From NCBI GenBank assembly GCA_964650185.1, contig CAZYRN010000003.1, positions 2,025-66,024 of the forward strand: a stretch of DNA of 64,000 nucleotides, in the 5' to 3' direction. The notes beneath the pieces are model-generated. The model was not told where the DNA came from. It ran no database searches and was given only the letters and a program-made list of their open reading frames with translations. Positions within the stretch are counted from its first letter, which is position 1. The number at the start of each line of letters is the position of its first letter. Source of the stretch: an uncultured Pseudomonadales bacterium. Lineage in GTDB: Bacteria; Patescibacteriota; Microgenomatia; UBA1400; PJMF01. A program made the position numbers and the translations under genes. Positions 8,903 to 17,594 of this stretch are shown here, piece after piece.

Positions 8903-10226
8903 TATTCAAGCAATTCAAGCTAGAGAAATTCTAAACTCGCAGGGGTTGCCCACGATTGAGTGCAATTTGTGGCTGGATACTGGTTATTTTGTCAGCACCA
9001 GCGTCCCCACCAGTAATAATCCAGGCAAAAATGAAGCGATTGAGCTACACGACAATCAACCTGAACGGATGGTGGGGAGAGGTGTGCTGGAAGCGGTTAA
9101 TAATATTAATAACATTATTGCCCCTGCCTTAGTTGGCCATGATCCCACCCAGCAAACCACTGCCGACCAACTCATGATCGATCTAGACGGTACCGCCAAT
9201 AAGGAAAAATTGGGTGCCAATGCTATCTTGGCTGTTTCGCAAGCAGTTTTAAAAGCTGGTGCAGTTAGTGTGGGGATGTCGCTTTATTACTACCTGCAGC
9301 AAAAATACCAGCTGACTGACTCTCTCAGGATCCCCACCGTCATCTACAGCATGCTTAATGGCGGTGCTCACGGAGCGCAAAACCTTGATCTGAAGGACTT
9401 TTCCATTATTCCTGCCAGCAACTTAGACTATCCCACTTCACTCAATATGGCGGTTAATTTTTTCCATAAACTGGAAGAGGTGTTGATAACTAAGGAAGCG
9501 ATTCACTGCGTTGGTAAAGCCGGCGGTTTTGCGCCAAATTTATATTCCAACACTGACGCGCTGCATATTTTATTGGAAACTTCTAAAGCCACTCCTTATA
9601 CCTTTACTCAGGATCTCTTTTTTGGCCTAGATGCTTCAGCTTTTAATTTTGTTTCAGAAAGCAAGTATAAACTTAAAGACAGAGCTCAGCCTTATACCGC
9701 TGATGAACTATTTACTTACTATCAGAATCTGCGTAACTCACATCAGGTGACCTACTTTGAAGATCCATTTAGCGAAGATGACTGGAAAGCTTGGCAAAAA
9801 ATTACGGCAGAATTGGGACCAACCACTAATATTGTCGGTGATAGCCTGTTAGTGACCAGTCAGGCCAAAGTTGCCGAAGCTATTGAGAAAAAAGCCTGCA
9901 ATGGCATCTCCATTAAGCCCAATCAAGCCGGCAGTATCAGCGAAACTATTGGCGTCATTAAACAAGCTCAAGATGCGGGCTGGAAAGTGACTATCTCTCA
10001 TCGCAGTGGTGAGACAAATGATACTTTCCTGGCTGATCTAGCCGTCGGAGTAGGGGCAGATTTTGCCAAGTTTGGCGCACCTAATCGAGGCGAAAGAGTG
10101 GCTAAGTACAATCGCTTACTAGAAATTCAGGCTGAGCTGGAACAGTTGACGGCCGTCCAGCCCGCCGACATTGTAACTGATCAAGTCAATCCTACGACTG
10201 ATCAAACCACAGCTGCAACCAGCTAG
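8895..10226 (+). CDS. eno: enolase homolog with divergent active site
   Basis: LDGTANKEKLGANAILAVS, FEDP, SHRSGET, ERVAKYNRLL; GDEGG replaced by GKAGG. Confidence 0.9.
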   Translation: MASIQAIQAREILNSQGLPTIECNLWLDTGYFVSTSVPTSNNPGKNEAIELHDNQPERMVGRGVLEAVNNINNIIAPALVGHDPTQQTTADQLMIDLDGTANKEKLGANAILAVSQAVLKAGAVSVGMSLYYYLQQKYQLTDSLRIPTVIYSMLNGGAHGAQNLDLKDFSIIPASNLDYPTSLNMAVNFFHKLEEVLITKEAIHCVGKAGGFAPNLYSNTDALHILLETSKATPYTFTQDLFFGLDASAFNFVSESKYKLKDRAQPYTADELFTYYQNLRNSHQVTYFEDPFSEDDWKAWQKITAELGPTTNIVGDSLLVTSQAKVAEAIEKKACNGISIKPNQAGSISETIGVIKQAQDAGWKVTISHRSGETNDTFLADLAVGVGADFAKFGAPNRGERVAKYNRLLEIQAELEQLTAVQPADIVTDQVNPTTDQTTAATS

Positions 10227-10261
10227 TGTTACCATGATTGAAATGATTTAGAATAGAGAAC

Positions 10262-11980
10262 ATGACTGATCAAATAATGGACCAAACTCAGCCCAACCCC
10301 ACCTCTCAGCCCAACCTTAGCTCTCAACCTTTCACTGAGACACATCCCCGCAACAGCTATCAAGGCATTAAACCAGTGGTCCTGCTGATTCTAGATGGCT
10401 GGGGCATTGGTCCCAACAATGCCGGCAATGCCATTACTCAAGCCCACACACCTAACATGGATAAATACTGGATCAGTTTTCCCCATACTCAGCTAGCTGC
10501 CAGCGGTGAAGCAGTTGGTTTGCCGCGCGGTGAGGATGGTAATACAGAGACTGGTCACCTCAATATTGGAGCTGGCCATATCGTTTACCAAGACTTACCC
10601 AGAATTAACATGTCCATTGCTGATGGCTCTTTTTTTAATAACCAAGCCCTCTTAAATGCGGTCCAGCATGTCAAACAAAATAACTCGGTGTTGCACCTGA
10701 TGGGCTTAATCGGCGCGGGCGGAGTTCATTCCAATATTGAACATCTCTATGCCTTGCTTAATTTTGCCAAAAAGAACAACTTAGAAAAAGTTTATATTCA
10801 TGGCTTTACCGATGGCCGAGACTCGCCGCCTACGGCAGGGGTTAATTACATCCAGCAGTTGCAGGAAAGATGCAAGCAGCTAGGAATAGGCCGCATCGCC
10901 ACACTCATGGGTCGTTACTATGGCATGGATCGTGACAAGCGCTGGGAAAGAATTGAAAAAGCCTACAACGCTCTCACCATTGGGGCAGCCGCCTGTACTC
11001 AAGATCCCATCGCAGCTTTACAAGAGCAGTACAGCCAAAATATCACTGACGAGTTTATTGAACCAATTGCCGTTTGTGATGAATCAGGCCAGCCACAAAC
11101 TATTCAGGATAATGATGCTGTCATCTTCTTTAACTATCGAATTGATCGGCCGCGGGAGCTGACCAGAGCCTTCGTTCAGCCTAATTTTGAAGAGGGCATT
11201 AAGCACCAAGCTTTTGACCCTTATACCGAAAAGTATGAGAAAACCAACATTCAGCCTCAAGTTCACATCTCCACTTTTCAGCGGCAAAAAATTATTAACA
11301 ATCTGTATTTTGTCACCATGACCAGATATGAAGAAGGTTTGCCAACTGATGTGGCTTTTCCGCCACAGTTTGTTAAAAACCCAATTGGCAAAGTTTTGGC
11401 CACTCATGGCATTAAACAATTGCGGATAACAGAGACTGAAAAAGAACGGTTTGTCACTTACTACATGAACGGCCAGATTGAAGAGCTTTTTCCAGGCGAA
11501 GATCGTGCCATCTTACCCTCCAAGGGAGTCAAATCTTATGATGAGGCACCTGAGATGAGCGCTCGAGAAATTACCGATCAAATGTTGGACCGGTTGTTTA
11601 AATATGACTATGACGTGGTCATTGCCAACATTTGCAATGGTGATATGGTGGGTCACACCGGCAACCTAGAAGCTGCCATCAAGGCTTGCGAAGTGGTGGA
11701 TGAAGTAGTAGGCAGAATTGTTGATGCCGTCTCTGCTCATGGCGGCATAGTCCTGATCACAGCTGATCATGGTAATGTTGAAGAAATGATTGATACTGAA
11801 ACCGGCCAAGTCGACACTGAACACTCCACTTATCCCGTGCCATTTATCGTCGTTGGTCCTCAATATGCTGGTCAGCCAGTCCAACTGCCGACGGGCATCT
11901 TGGCAGATATTGCACCAACTATGCTACACTTAATGGGTTTGCCCAAGCCTGATACTATGACGGGCCGGGCGTTAATTTAG
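10262..11980 (+). CDS. gpmI: 2,3-bisphosphoglycerate-independent phosphoglycerate mutase
   Basis: LILDGWG, DGRD, GRYYGMDRD, DMVGHTG, TADHGN. Confidence 0.93.
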   Translation: MTDQIMDQTQPNPTSQPNLSSQPFTETHPRNSYQGIKPVVLLILDGWGIGPNNAGNAITQAHTPNMDKYWISFPHTQLAASGEAVGLPRGEDGNTETGHLNIGAGHIVYQDLPRINMSIADGSFFNNQALLNAVQHVKQNNSVLHLMGLIGAGGVHSNIEHLYALLNFAKKNNLEKVYIHGFTDGRDSPPTAGVNYIQQLQERCKQLGIGRIATLMGRYYGMDRDKRWERIEKAYNALTIGAAACTQDPIAALQEQYSQNITDEFIEPIAVCDESGQPQTIQDNDAVIFFNYRIDRPRELTRAFVQPNFEEGIKHQAFDPYTEKYEKTNIQPQVHISTFQRQKIINNLYFVTMTRYEEGLPTDVAFPPQFVKNPIGKVLATHGIKQLRITETEKERFVTYYMNGQIEELFPGEDRAILPSKGVKSYDEAPEMSAREITDQMLDRLFKYDYDVVIANICNGDMVGHTGNLEAAIKACEVVDEVVGRIVDAVSAHGGIVLITADHGNVEEMIDTETGQVDTEHSTYPVPFIVVGPQYAGQPVQLPTGILADIAPTMLHLMGLPKPDTMTGRALI

Positions 11981-11995
11981 CAAAAAGGGAATATT

Positions 11996-12682
11996 ATGGG
12001 TGGAATTACATCATTTCTAATCGAGTTAATGCAGGAGCTGGCTCAGCGTGTGCCGTTACCGCTCTTCACTGTGCTCGGTGCCATGATTGAAGAAATTTTG
12101 GCGCCAATTCCATCACCGGTCATCATGACCTTATCTGGTTCATTAGCTGCCGCTAGCAATCAGCCCATCTCGTATTTAGCATTTTTAGCCTTAATCGGTG
12201 CCATCGCCAAAACTTTTGGCAGCTGGGTAGTTTATCTTGTCGCTGATAAGGCGGAAGACTTCATTATTAGCAAATTTGGTCGAATTCTCGGTGTCAGCAA
12301 AGACGATACGGAAGGTTTTGGCAAATATCTCAACAAAGGCTGGCGGGATGACATTGTATTATTCTTACTCAGAGCCCTACCCATCATGCCTACCGCCCCA
12401 GTCTCAGTTGTGTGTGGCTTAATTAAGCTCAATCTGCGCACCTATCTGGTATCAACCTTTTTCGGCACCATCGTCCGCAATGCTTTTTATCTTTACTTTG
12501 GCTACACCAGCCTGCATGCTTTGGAAACAATCAATGAAGGCTTTGACAGTCTAGAAACCATTGGCTACATCATTTTGGCTGTCTTGTTTGGCGGTTTGAC
12601 ACTCTGGTTCTACAAAAAAAGACGATCTGGCCAAGAGCTGTCCTTCTTTGACCGAGTGACTAAGATCCTCAAAATTAAATAA
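11996..12682 (+). CDS. DedA/VTT family membrane protein
   Basis: EEILAPIPS and LRALP motifs, several TM helices. Confidence 0.85.
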   Translation: MGGITSFLIELMQELAQRVPLPLFTVLGAMIEEILAPIPSPVIMTLSGSLAAASNQPISYLAFLALIGAIAKTFGSWVVYLVADKAEDFIISKFGRILGVSKDDTEGFGKYLNKGWRDDIVLFLLRALPIMPTAPVSVVCGLIKLNLRTYLVSTFFGTIVRNAFYLYFGYTSLHALETINEGFDSLETIGYIILAVLFGGLTLWFYKKRRSGQELSFFDRVTKILKIK

Positions 12683-12824
12683 TTAGTACCAAAAAGACGA
12701 ATCACCTCACTTTCACCCGAACTCAACTGAATTTTGATACTGCCTCATTCTTGATGTTTGTTATATTTTGATAGCTTAAGATCATATTGCATCTTCGCTT
12801 CTCTTTCGGTTATGCTGTATTTAA

Positions 12825-12845
12825 TTCGGGAAGTTTACGCCCGAA
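12825..12845. promoter_or_regulatory. candidate LexA operator TTCGGG-N9-CCCGAA
   Basis: perfect 6-bp inverted repeat about 30 bp upstream of the lexA start. Confidence 0.55.
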
Positions 12846-12873
12846 GCAGTAGTTAAGTTCAGAAAGGATTCAG

Positions 12874-13494
12874 GTGGCGGTAACTCTCTACAAACGGCAA
12901 CGGCAAATTTTAGATTTTATTGCTCAGTATATTCAGAGCAATGGTTATGCGCCCACCCTACAGGAAATTGCGACAGCAATTGGCGTTTCTTCTTTAGCAA
13001 CTGTTCATGAACATCTCCAAGCTTTAGAGCGGAAGAAAGTGATCCGCCGCTTTGATGGTCAAGTGAGAGGCATTGAAGTTGTTGATCGAACTTTCCTTAA
13101 TTCTGATGAAGGCATTGATGTCCCCATCATGGGTTTTATCGCGGCCGGCAAGCCAATTGAGCCTTATCAGGATCCCGATGCTTCTTTTAAAGTCTCACCA
13201 GAAATGATTTCAGGTAAAAAACGCGCATACGTCTTGCAAGTTAAAGGTCAGTCAATGATCGAGGATCATATTGATGACGGCGACTACGTGGTCATTGAGG
13301 AAACTCAAGAAGTCAGTGATGGCGATATCGTGGTAGCTCTGTTGGATAATGGGCTAGCTACTTTAAAGCGCTACTACAAAGAGGTGACACGAGTCAGACT
13401 TGAACCAGCTAACTCCAACATGAGCCCCATCTATGCCGTCAACGTGCAGATTCAGGGTAGAGTAGTGGGGCTGATTCGGAAGTTTAAGTATTAA
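12874..13494 (+). CDS. lexA: SOS repressor LexA
   Basis: wHTH (PTLQEIA..TVHEHL), AAG cleavage site, GQSM serine, TLK lysine; AAGGA RBS. Confidence 0.95.
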   Translation: MAVTLYKRQRQILDFIAQYIQSNGYAPTLQEIATAIGVSSLATVHEHLQALERKKVIRRFDGQVRGIEVVDRTFLNSDEGIDVPIMGFIAAGKPIEPYQDPDASFKVSPEMISGKKRAYVLQVKGQSMIEDHIDDGDYVVIEETQEVSDGDIVVALLDNGLATLKRYYKEVTRVRLEPANSNMSPIYAVNVQIQGRVVGLIRKFKY

Positions 13495-13538
13495 GAACTT
13501 CTTCTTATTTTCGTATCTTAATATATCTAACTATATAA

Positions 13539-13562
13539 AAGCAGTTACTAAGCAGTTACTAA
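13539..13562. repeat. 11-bp tandem repeat AAGCAGTTACT x2
   Basis: seen directly. Confidence 0.8.
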
Positions 13563-13565
13563 TCA

Positions 13566-13592
13566 TTAGCACTCCCATCGTCAGACTGCTAA
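13566..13592. promoter_or_regulatory. CIRCE element (HrcA operator), orphan
   Basis: TTAGCACTC-N9-GACTGCTAA, one mismatch to consensus TTAGCACTC-N9-GAGTGCTAA. Confidence 0.8.
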
Positions 13593-13627
13593 TTCACCAT
13601 TTTCATTTTTTTAATTGATGTACAGGG

Positions 13628-14212
13628 TTATTTCTTACTCTTTAATTCTTTTTCTTGGTATTGTTGCAACTGATTAATTTGGCATCTTAACAAATATAGA
13701 TAGTCAGACAAGCGGTTAAGAAATTTTAAAATCACTGGTGAGACAGTGGTTACTTCACTTAACTTAAAACCAACTCTTTCCGCTCGCCGCGCTACTGTCC
13801 GCGCCACATCAAAATATCCACCCAGCACCGTACCGCCAGGAAACAAAAACTGCCGGTGCCAATCATCAGCCAACTGCTCTTGTAGCACGTCAGCCTTGGC
13901 TTCTAAATCTGCCAAATCAGCTTCCTGATATTTTTTGCCAGGGTATTGAGCTACTTCCGCACTAATTTCATATAACTGCTGCTGAATTTTTTCTAAATCA
14001 GCCCTCATGGCTGGAGCGGAAAACTTTTCTGTCGCCGCCTTGGCCAAATCAGCCTCTTTTTCTCTCAACTCAGCCACAATTAAACCCAGCCAAGAACTCA
14101 ACTCATCCAGCCCACCTATAAACTCCATCACCAGGCTATGTTTAGGCACGCGCTTGCCATTCGCCAAGCTGGTCTGACCTTGGTCACCGGTTTTAGTTGA
14201 GATAGAGATCAT
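13628..14212 (-). CDS. PduO-type ATP:cob(I)alamin adenosyltransferase
   Basis: TKTGDQGQT, GGLDELSS, ARTVARRAER, LNRLSDYL. Confidence 0.9.
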   Translation of the reverse strand: MISISTKTGDQGQTSLANGKRVPKHSLVMEFIGGLDELSSWLGLIVAELREKEADLAKAATEKFSAPAMRADLEKIQQQLYEISAEVAQYPGKKYQEADLADLEAKADVLQEQLADDWHRQFLFPGGTVLGGYFDVARTVARRAERVGFKLSEVTTVSPVILKFLNRLSDYLYLLRCQINQLQQYQEKELKSKK

Positions 14213-14955
14213 TTCTTAGTCTCCCAAGGAGCTGCTAACAACATCGGTCCGTAAACATCATCTTTCATCTTGATCTGCAGCTCGTTAATTTCTTTTTGAG
14301 TGGTAGCGCGATTTTGAAACTGCACCATTTTTGAATCTTGAATCAGGCAAAGTGGCTGAGCTTCGTCCGTTTCACCCATTTCCAAGACTGCCGCTACTGC
14401 TAAAGCTTCCGCCACTGCAACTTGAGTCATCTGCATCTGGTGACCAAATAAATCAGCTTGACCAATCTTATTATTCAGCGCCTTAAAACCACAATGACCC
14501 AAGCTGGTGCCAATCACACCCCACTTGAGAGGAAAAGTTCGACTGTCAGTAATCACCACCCCGACTTCTTTAACTCCAAACTCTTTTCTTAAAAATTGCC
14601 AGATCTGACGTGCGGACCGATAGGGATTTTCCGGCAGCAAAATGTAGTGACCATTGGCATTTGACTCATCAACACCGGCATTGACCGCCACCGTGCTGTG
14701 TTTGACAGTAATCATGATCTGGTACTGCGAGTGCGAAGCATCGATATAGGCTTCAGCCTCCTGCTTAGCCAGCAGTTGTTTTTCTTCTTTAGTGCCTGTC
14801 TGGATGGGCACCAGCCGGCCTTCGCAGATGGCAACTACCTTAGAAGTGACCGCCAGAACGCTTTTCTCGGGCAATTCTCGGACAGAATCTCTAATTAAAG
14901 CCAATAAATCATAGCCTTCATGAATGACTGGCGTAGCAATGGGTGTAACTCTCAT
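14209..14955 (-). CDS. CofE-family gamma-glutamyl ligase (probably folate polyglutamylation)
   Basis: TSKVVAICEG, NAGVDESN, GVVITDS, MGE motifs; start ATG 14955, 7 nt after TATAAT. Confidence 0.85.
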   Translation of the reverse strand: MRVTPIATPVIHEGYDLLALIRDSVRELPEKSVLAVTSKVVAICEGRLVPIQTGTKEEKQLLAKQEAEAYIDASHSQYQIMITVKHSTVAVNAGVDESNANGHYILLPENPYRSARQIWQFLRKEFGVKEVGVVITDSRTFPLKWGVIGTSLGHCGFKALNNKIGQADLFGHQMQMTQVAVAEALAVAAVLEMGETDEAQPLCLIQDSKMVQFQNRATTQKEINELQIKMKDDVYGPMLLAAPWETKK

Positions 14956-15025
14956 AACCCGAATTATAACGCCTTTAGCTGTATAATGAAGATTCATGCC
15001 TAAGTTACATTTCTTATAATTTCTA

Positions 15026-17407
15026 ATGCTTAAACTAAAATCTGCTTACCAGCCTACCGGCGATCAGCCCCAAGCAATTGAGGCTTTGACTGCTGGAGTC
15101 CAAAATGGCAATCCGCACCAGGTTTTACTAGGTGTGACGGGCTCAGGCAAGACATATTCGATCGCCAATGTCATTGAAAAAACGCAAAAACCGACTTTAG
15201 TTATCGCTCACAACAAAACTTTAGCAGCTCAGCTCTATCAAGAGTTTAGAGATTACTTTCCTAATAATGCGGTCAGTTACTTTGTTTCTTACTACGATTA
15301 CTACCAACCAGAGGCGTACATTCCCACCACTGATACCTATATCGAGAAGGAAACCGATATTAACGATGAGATTGATAAACTACGCCTGGCCGCTACCACC
15401 AACTTGCTGACTCGAGATGATGTGATAGTCGTGTCGTCTGTATCATGTATTTATAACTTGGGTTCACCGGTGCAGTATGGCAAGTATGTGCTGGAAATAG
15501 TCGAGGGGGAGTTGATCGGCAGGAAAGATTTACTGCTGAGGCTATCTCAGTTGCAATACGAAAACTCTGCAGCTGATTTACGGCGCGGTACTTATCGAGT
15601 CCGAGGCGATACGATTCAGCTCTGGCCAGCCTATGAAGACCGAGCACTGCGGATTGAAACTTTAGAAAATAAGATCACCCAAATCAAGTGGATTGATCCC
15701 GTCACTGGCAGCAATATTCCTCAACATCAGCTTGATCAATACGAGCAGCAGCAGCGGGCATTCACCATCTACCCCGCCAAGCACTACATGATTAACCCCA
15801 AAACTCAGGATCAGGCCTTGGCTGAGATCAAGCGTGATCTTGAGGTCAGGCTGAAGGAGTTGCAGGCAGAAAACAAAGTTTTTGAGGCTCATCGACTGCA
15901 GCAGCGAGTTAATTATGATATGGAGATGATTCGCGAGTTTGGCTTCGTCAATGGTATTGAGAACTACTCGAGGTATTTTGACGGTCGTCAAGCCAATGAT
16001 CCGCCTTTCTCATTACTGGATTATTTTCAGCATAATGCCCAAGAGTTTGGCCACGACTCATTTTTAACCATAATTGACGAAAGTCATATGACGATTCCGC
16101 AAATTAGAGGTATGTACGCTGGGGACCAGTCAAGAAAAAGTACCCTGGTAGATTACGGTTTCCGACTGCCCAGTGCTTTAGATAATCGGCCACTGCGTTT
16201 TGATGAGTTTTTAGCCAGAACCCCTCAAACGATTTATGTCTCCGCCACTCCTAAAGAATGGGAAATAGAACAAGCGAGAGGGAAAGTAGTGGAGCAGCTG
16301 GTGCGGCCAACTGGACTGCTTGACCCAGAAATTGAACTGCGGCCAACTCAAAGCCAGATTGAAGACTTAATTATTGAGATCATTAAGCGGAAGTTAATTG
16401 GCCAACGGGTGCTAGTAACCACTTTAACTAAAAAAATGGCTGAAGCCTTGACTGAGTACCTCAATGATCGGCACAAAATTGACCAGCTAGTCCAAAGTTT
16501 TATTGAGAAACAGCGCCAGCAGCAGGCACAGCTTGATCCAGAGCGGGTGATTAACGCTAACGAGATGCTGCCAGTGGGTGAGTTGGAAATTGGTAAGCTT
16601 GATCATCGCTACCAGACGCAGGCTGAGCTACCGCCAGAGATGCTGAGATACTTTGAGGCGGTGAATCGGGGAGAAGAGCAGGGAGAAGCCGTGGGTAATG
16701 CAAGTGAAGGCGCCGACCCAAGTGAAGCCACGGCTGAGTGGTATCCAAAAGTTGCCTACTTGCACGCGGATGTGGAAACTTTTGAGCGGTCGGACATCTT
16801 AGATGAGCTACGGCAGGGAGCATATGACGTGGTGGTGGGAATAAACTTGCTGCGGGAAGGACTAGACTTGCCCGAAGTGACGCTGGTGGCTATTTTAGAC
16901 GCAGATAAAGAGGGCTTTTTAAGATCACGCATCTCCTTAATTCAGACGATGGGGAGGGCGGCGCGACACGTCGAGGGGCAAGCGATTTTATACGCTGACA
17001 ATTTAACCGGCTCGATGCGGGAGGCGATCGCGGAAACCCAGCGCCGCCGCCTAGTTCAGCTCGAGTACAATCAACAACATGGCATTGATCCGCAAACAAT
17101 TGTGAAGCCAATTCGAGAACGACTGATTGAAAAAAAAGAAGAGACTGAAGACAGCACCACACTTACTAGAGGTTTTCGCTTCCAGGATCAGGGTCAAGCT
17201 ACCTATGGTCAGCCGCTGATGATTGACCTCGATGGTAAACAAATTGACCTGAACCAGGTTGATTTTGATGCCATGACCCCACCTGATTTGAAAAAGTTTT
17301 TGAAAAAAATCTCCCAGCGAATGCGTCAGGCTGCCGCTGAGATGGACTTTGAACTCGCTGCAGTCTTGCGAGATTGGATTAAAGCTCAGTCTGACTCAGC
17401 AAACTAA
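15026..17407 (+). CDS. uvrB: excinuclease ABC subunit B
   Basis: GDQP, GVTGSGKT, YYDYYQPEAY, DESH, LREGLDLPEV, C-terminal UVR domain. Confidence 0.97.
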   Translation: MLKLKSAYQPTGDQPQAIEALTAGVQNGNPHQVLLGVTGSGKTYSIANVIEKTQKPTLVIAHNKTLAAQLYQEFRDYFPNNAVSYFVSYYDYYQPEAYIPTTDTYIEKETDINDEIDKLRLAATTNLLTRDDVIVVSSVSCIYNLGSPVQYGKYVLEIVEGELIGRKDLLLRLSQLQYENSAADLRRGTYRVRGDTIQLWPAYEDRALRIETLENKITQIKWIDPVTGSNIPQHQLDQYEQQQRAFTIYPAKHYMINPKTQDQALAEIKRDLEVRLKELQAENKVFEAHRLQQRVNYDMEMIREFGFVNGIENYSRYFDGRQANDPPFSLLDYFQHNAQEFGHDSFLTIIDESHMTIPQIRGMYAGDQSRKSTLVDYGFRLPSALDNRPLRFDEFLARTPQTIYVSATPKEWEIEQARGKVVEQLVRPTGLLDPEIELRPTQSQIEDLIIEIIKRKLIGQRVLVTTLTKKMAEALTEYLNDRHKIDQLVQSFIEKQRQQQAQLDPERVINANEMLPVGELEIGKLDHRYQTQAELPPEMLRYFEAVNRGEEQGEAVGNASEGADPSEATAEWYPKVAYLHADVETFERSDILDELRQGAYDVVVGINLLREGLDLPEVTLVAILDADKEGFLRSRISLIQTMGRAARHVEGQAILYADNLTGSMREAIAETQRRRLVQLEYNQQHGIDPQTIVKPIRERLIEKKEETEDSTTLTRGFRFQDQGQATYGQPLMIDLDGKQIDLNQVDFDAMTPPDLKKFLKKISQRMRQAAAEMDFELAAVLRDWIKAQSDSAN

Positions 17408-17594
17408 TTTAACCAACCAACTCAGCGAACTGACGCTACTGATAATTAATACCCGCTTCTTACTTACCGACCCTGCCAGCCGAGACGGAAAAGCGGTATA
17501 ATGTAGGTTTGCGTTTTTTGCGATTTACGCACAAAATTACGTACGGATCAAATACAAAAAACTAAAAAATTTATACAAAAAAACTAAATAACTT

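Noticed and set aside
16463-16747. Intein in UvrB
   Set aside because: no N-terminal C/S, no HN followed by C/S/T, and too short
17552-17590. Imperfect direct repeat ATACAAAAAACTAAA x2 in the uvrA leader
   Set aside because: low-complexity A-rich leader; probably a simple duplication or translation enhancer
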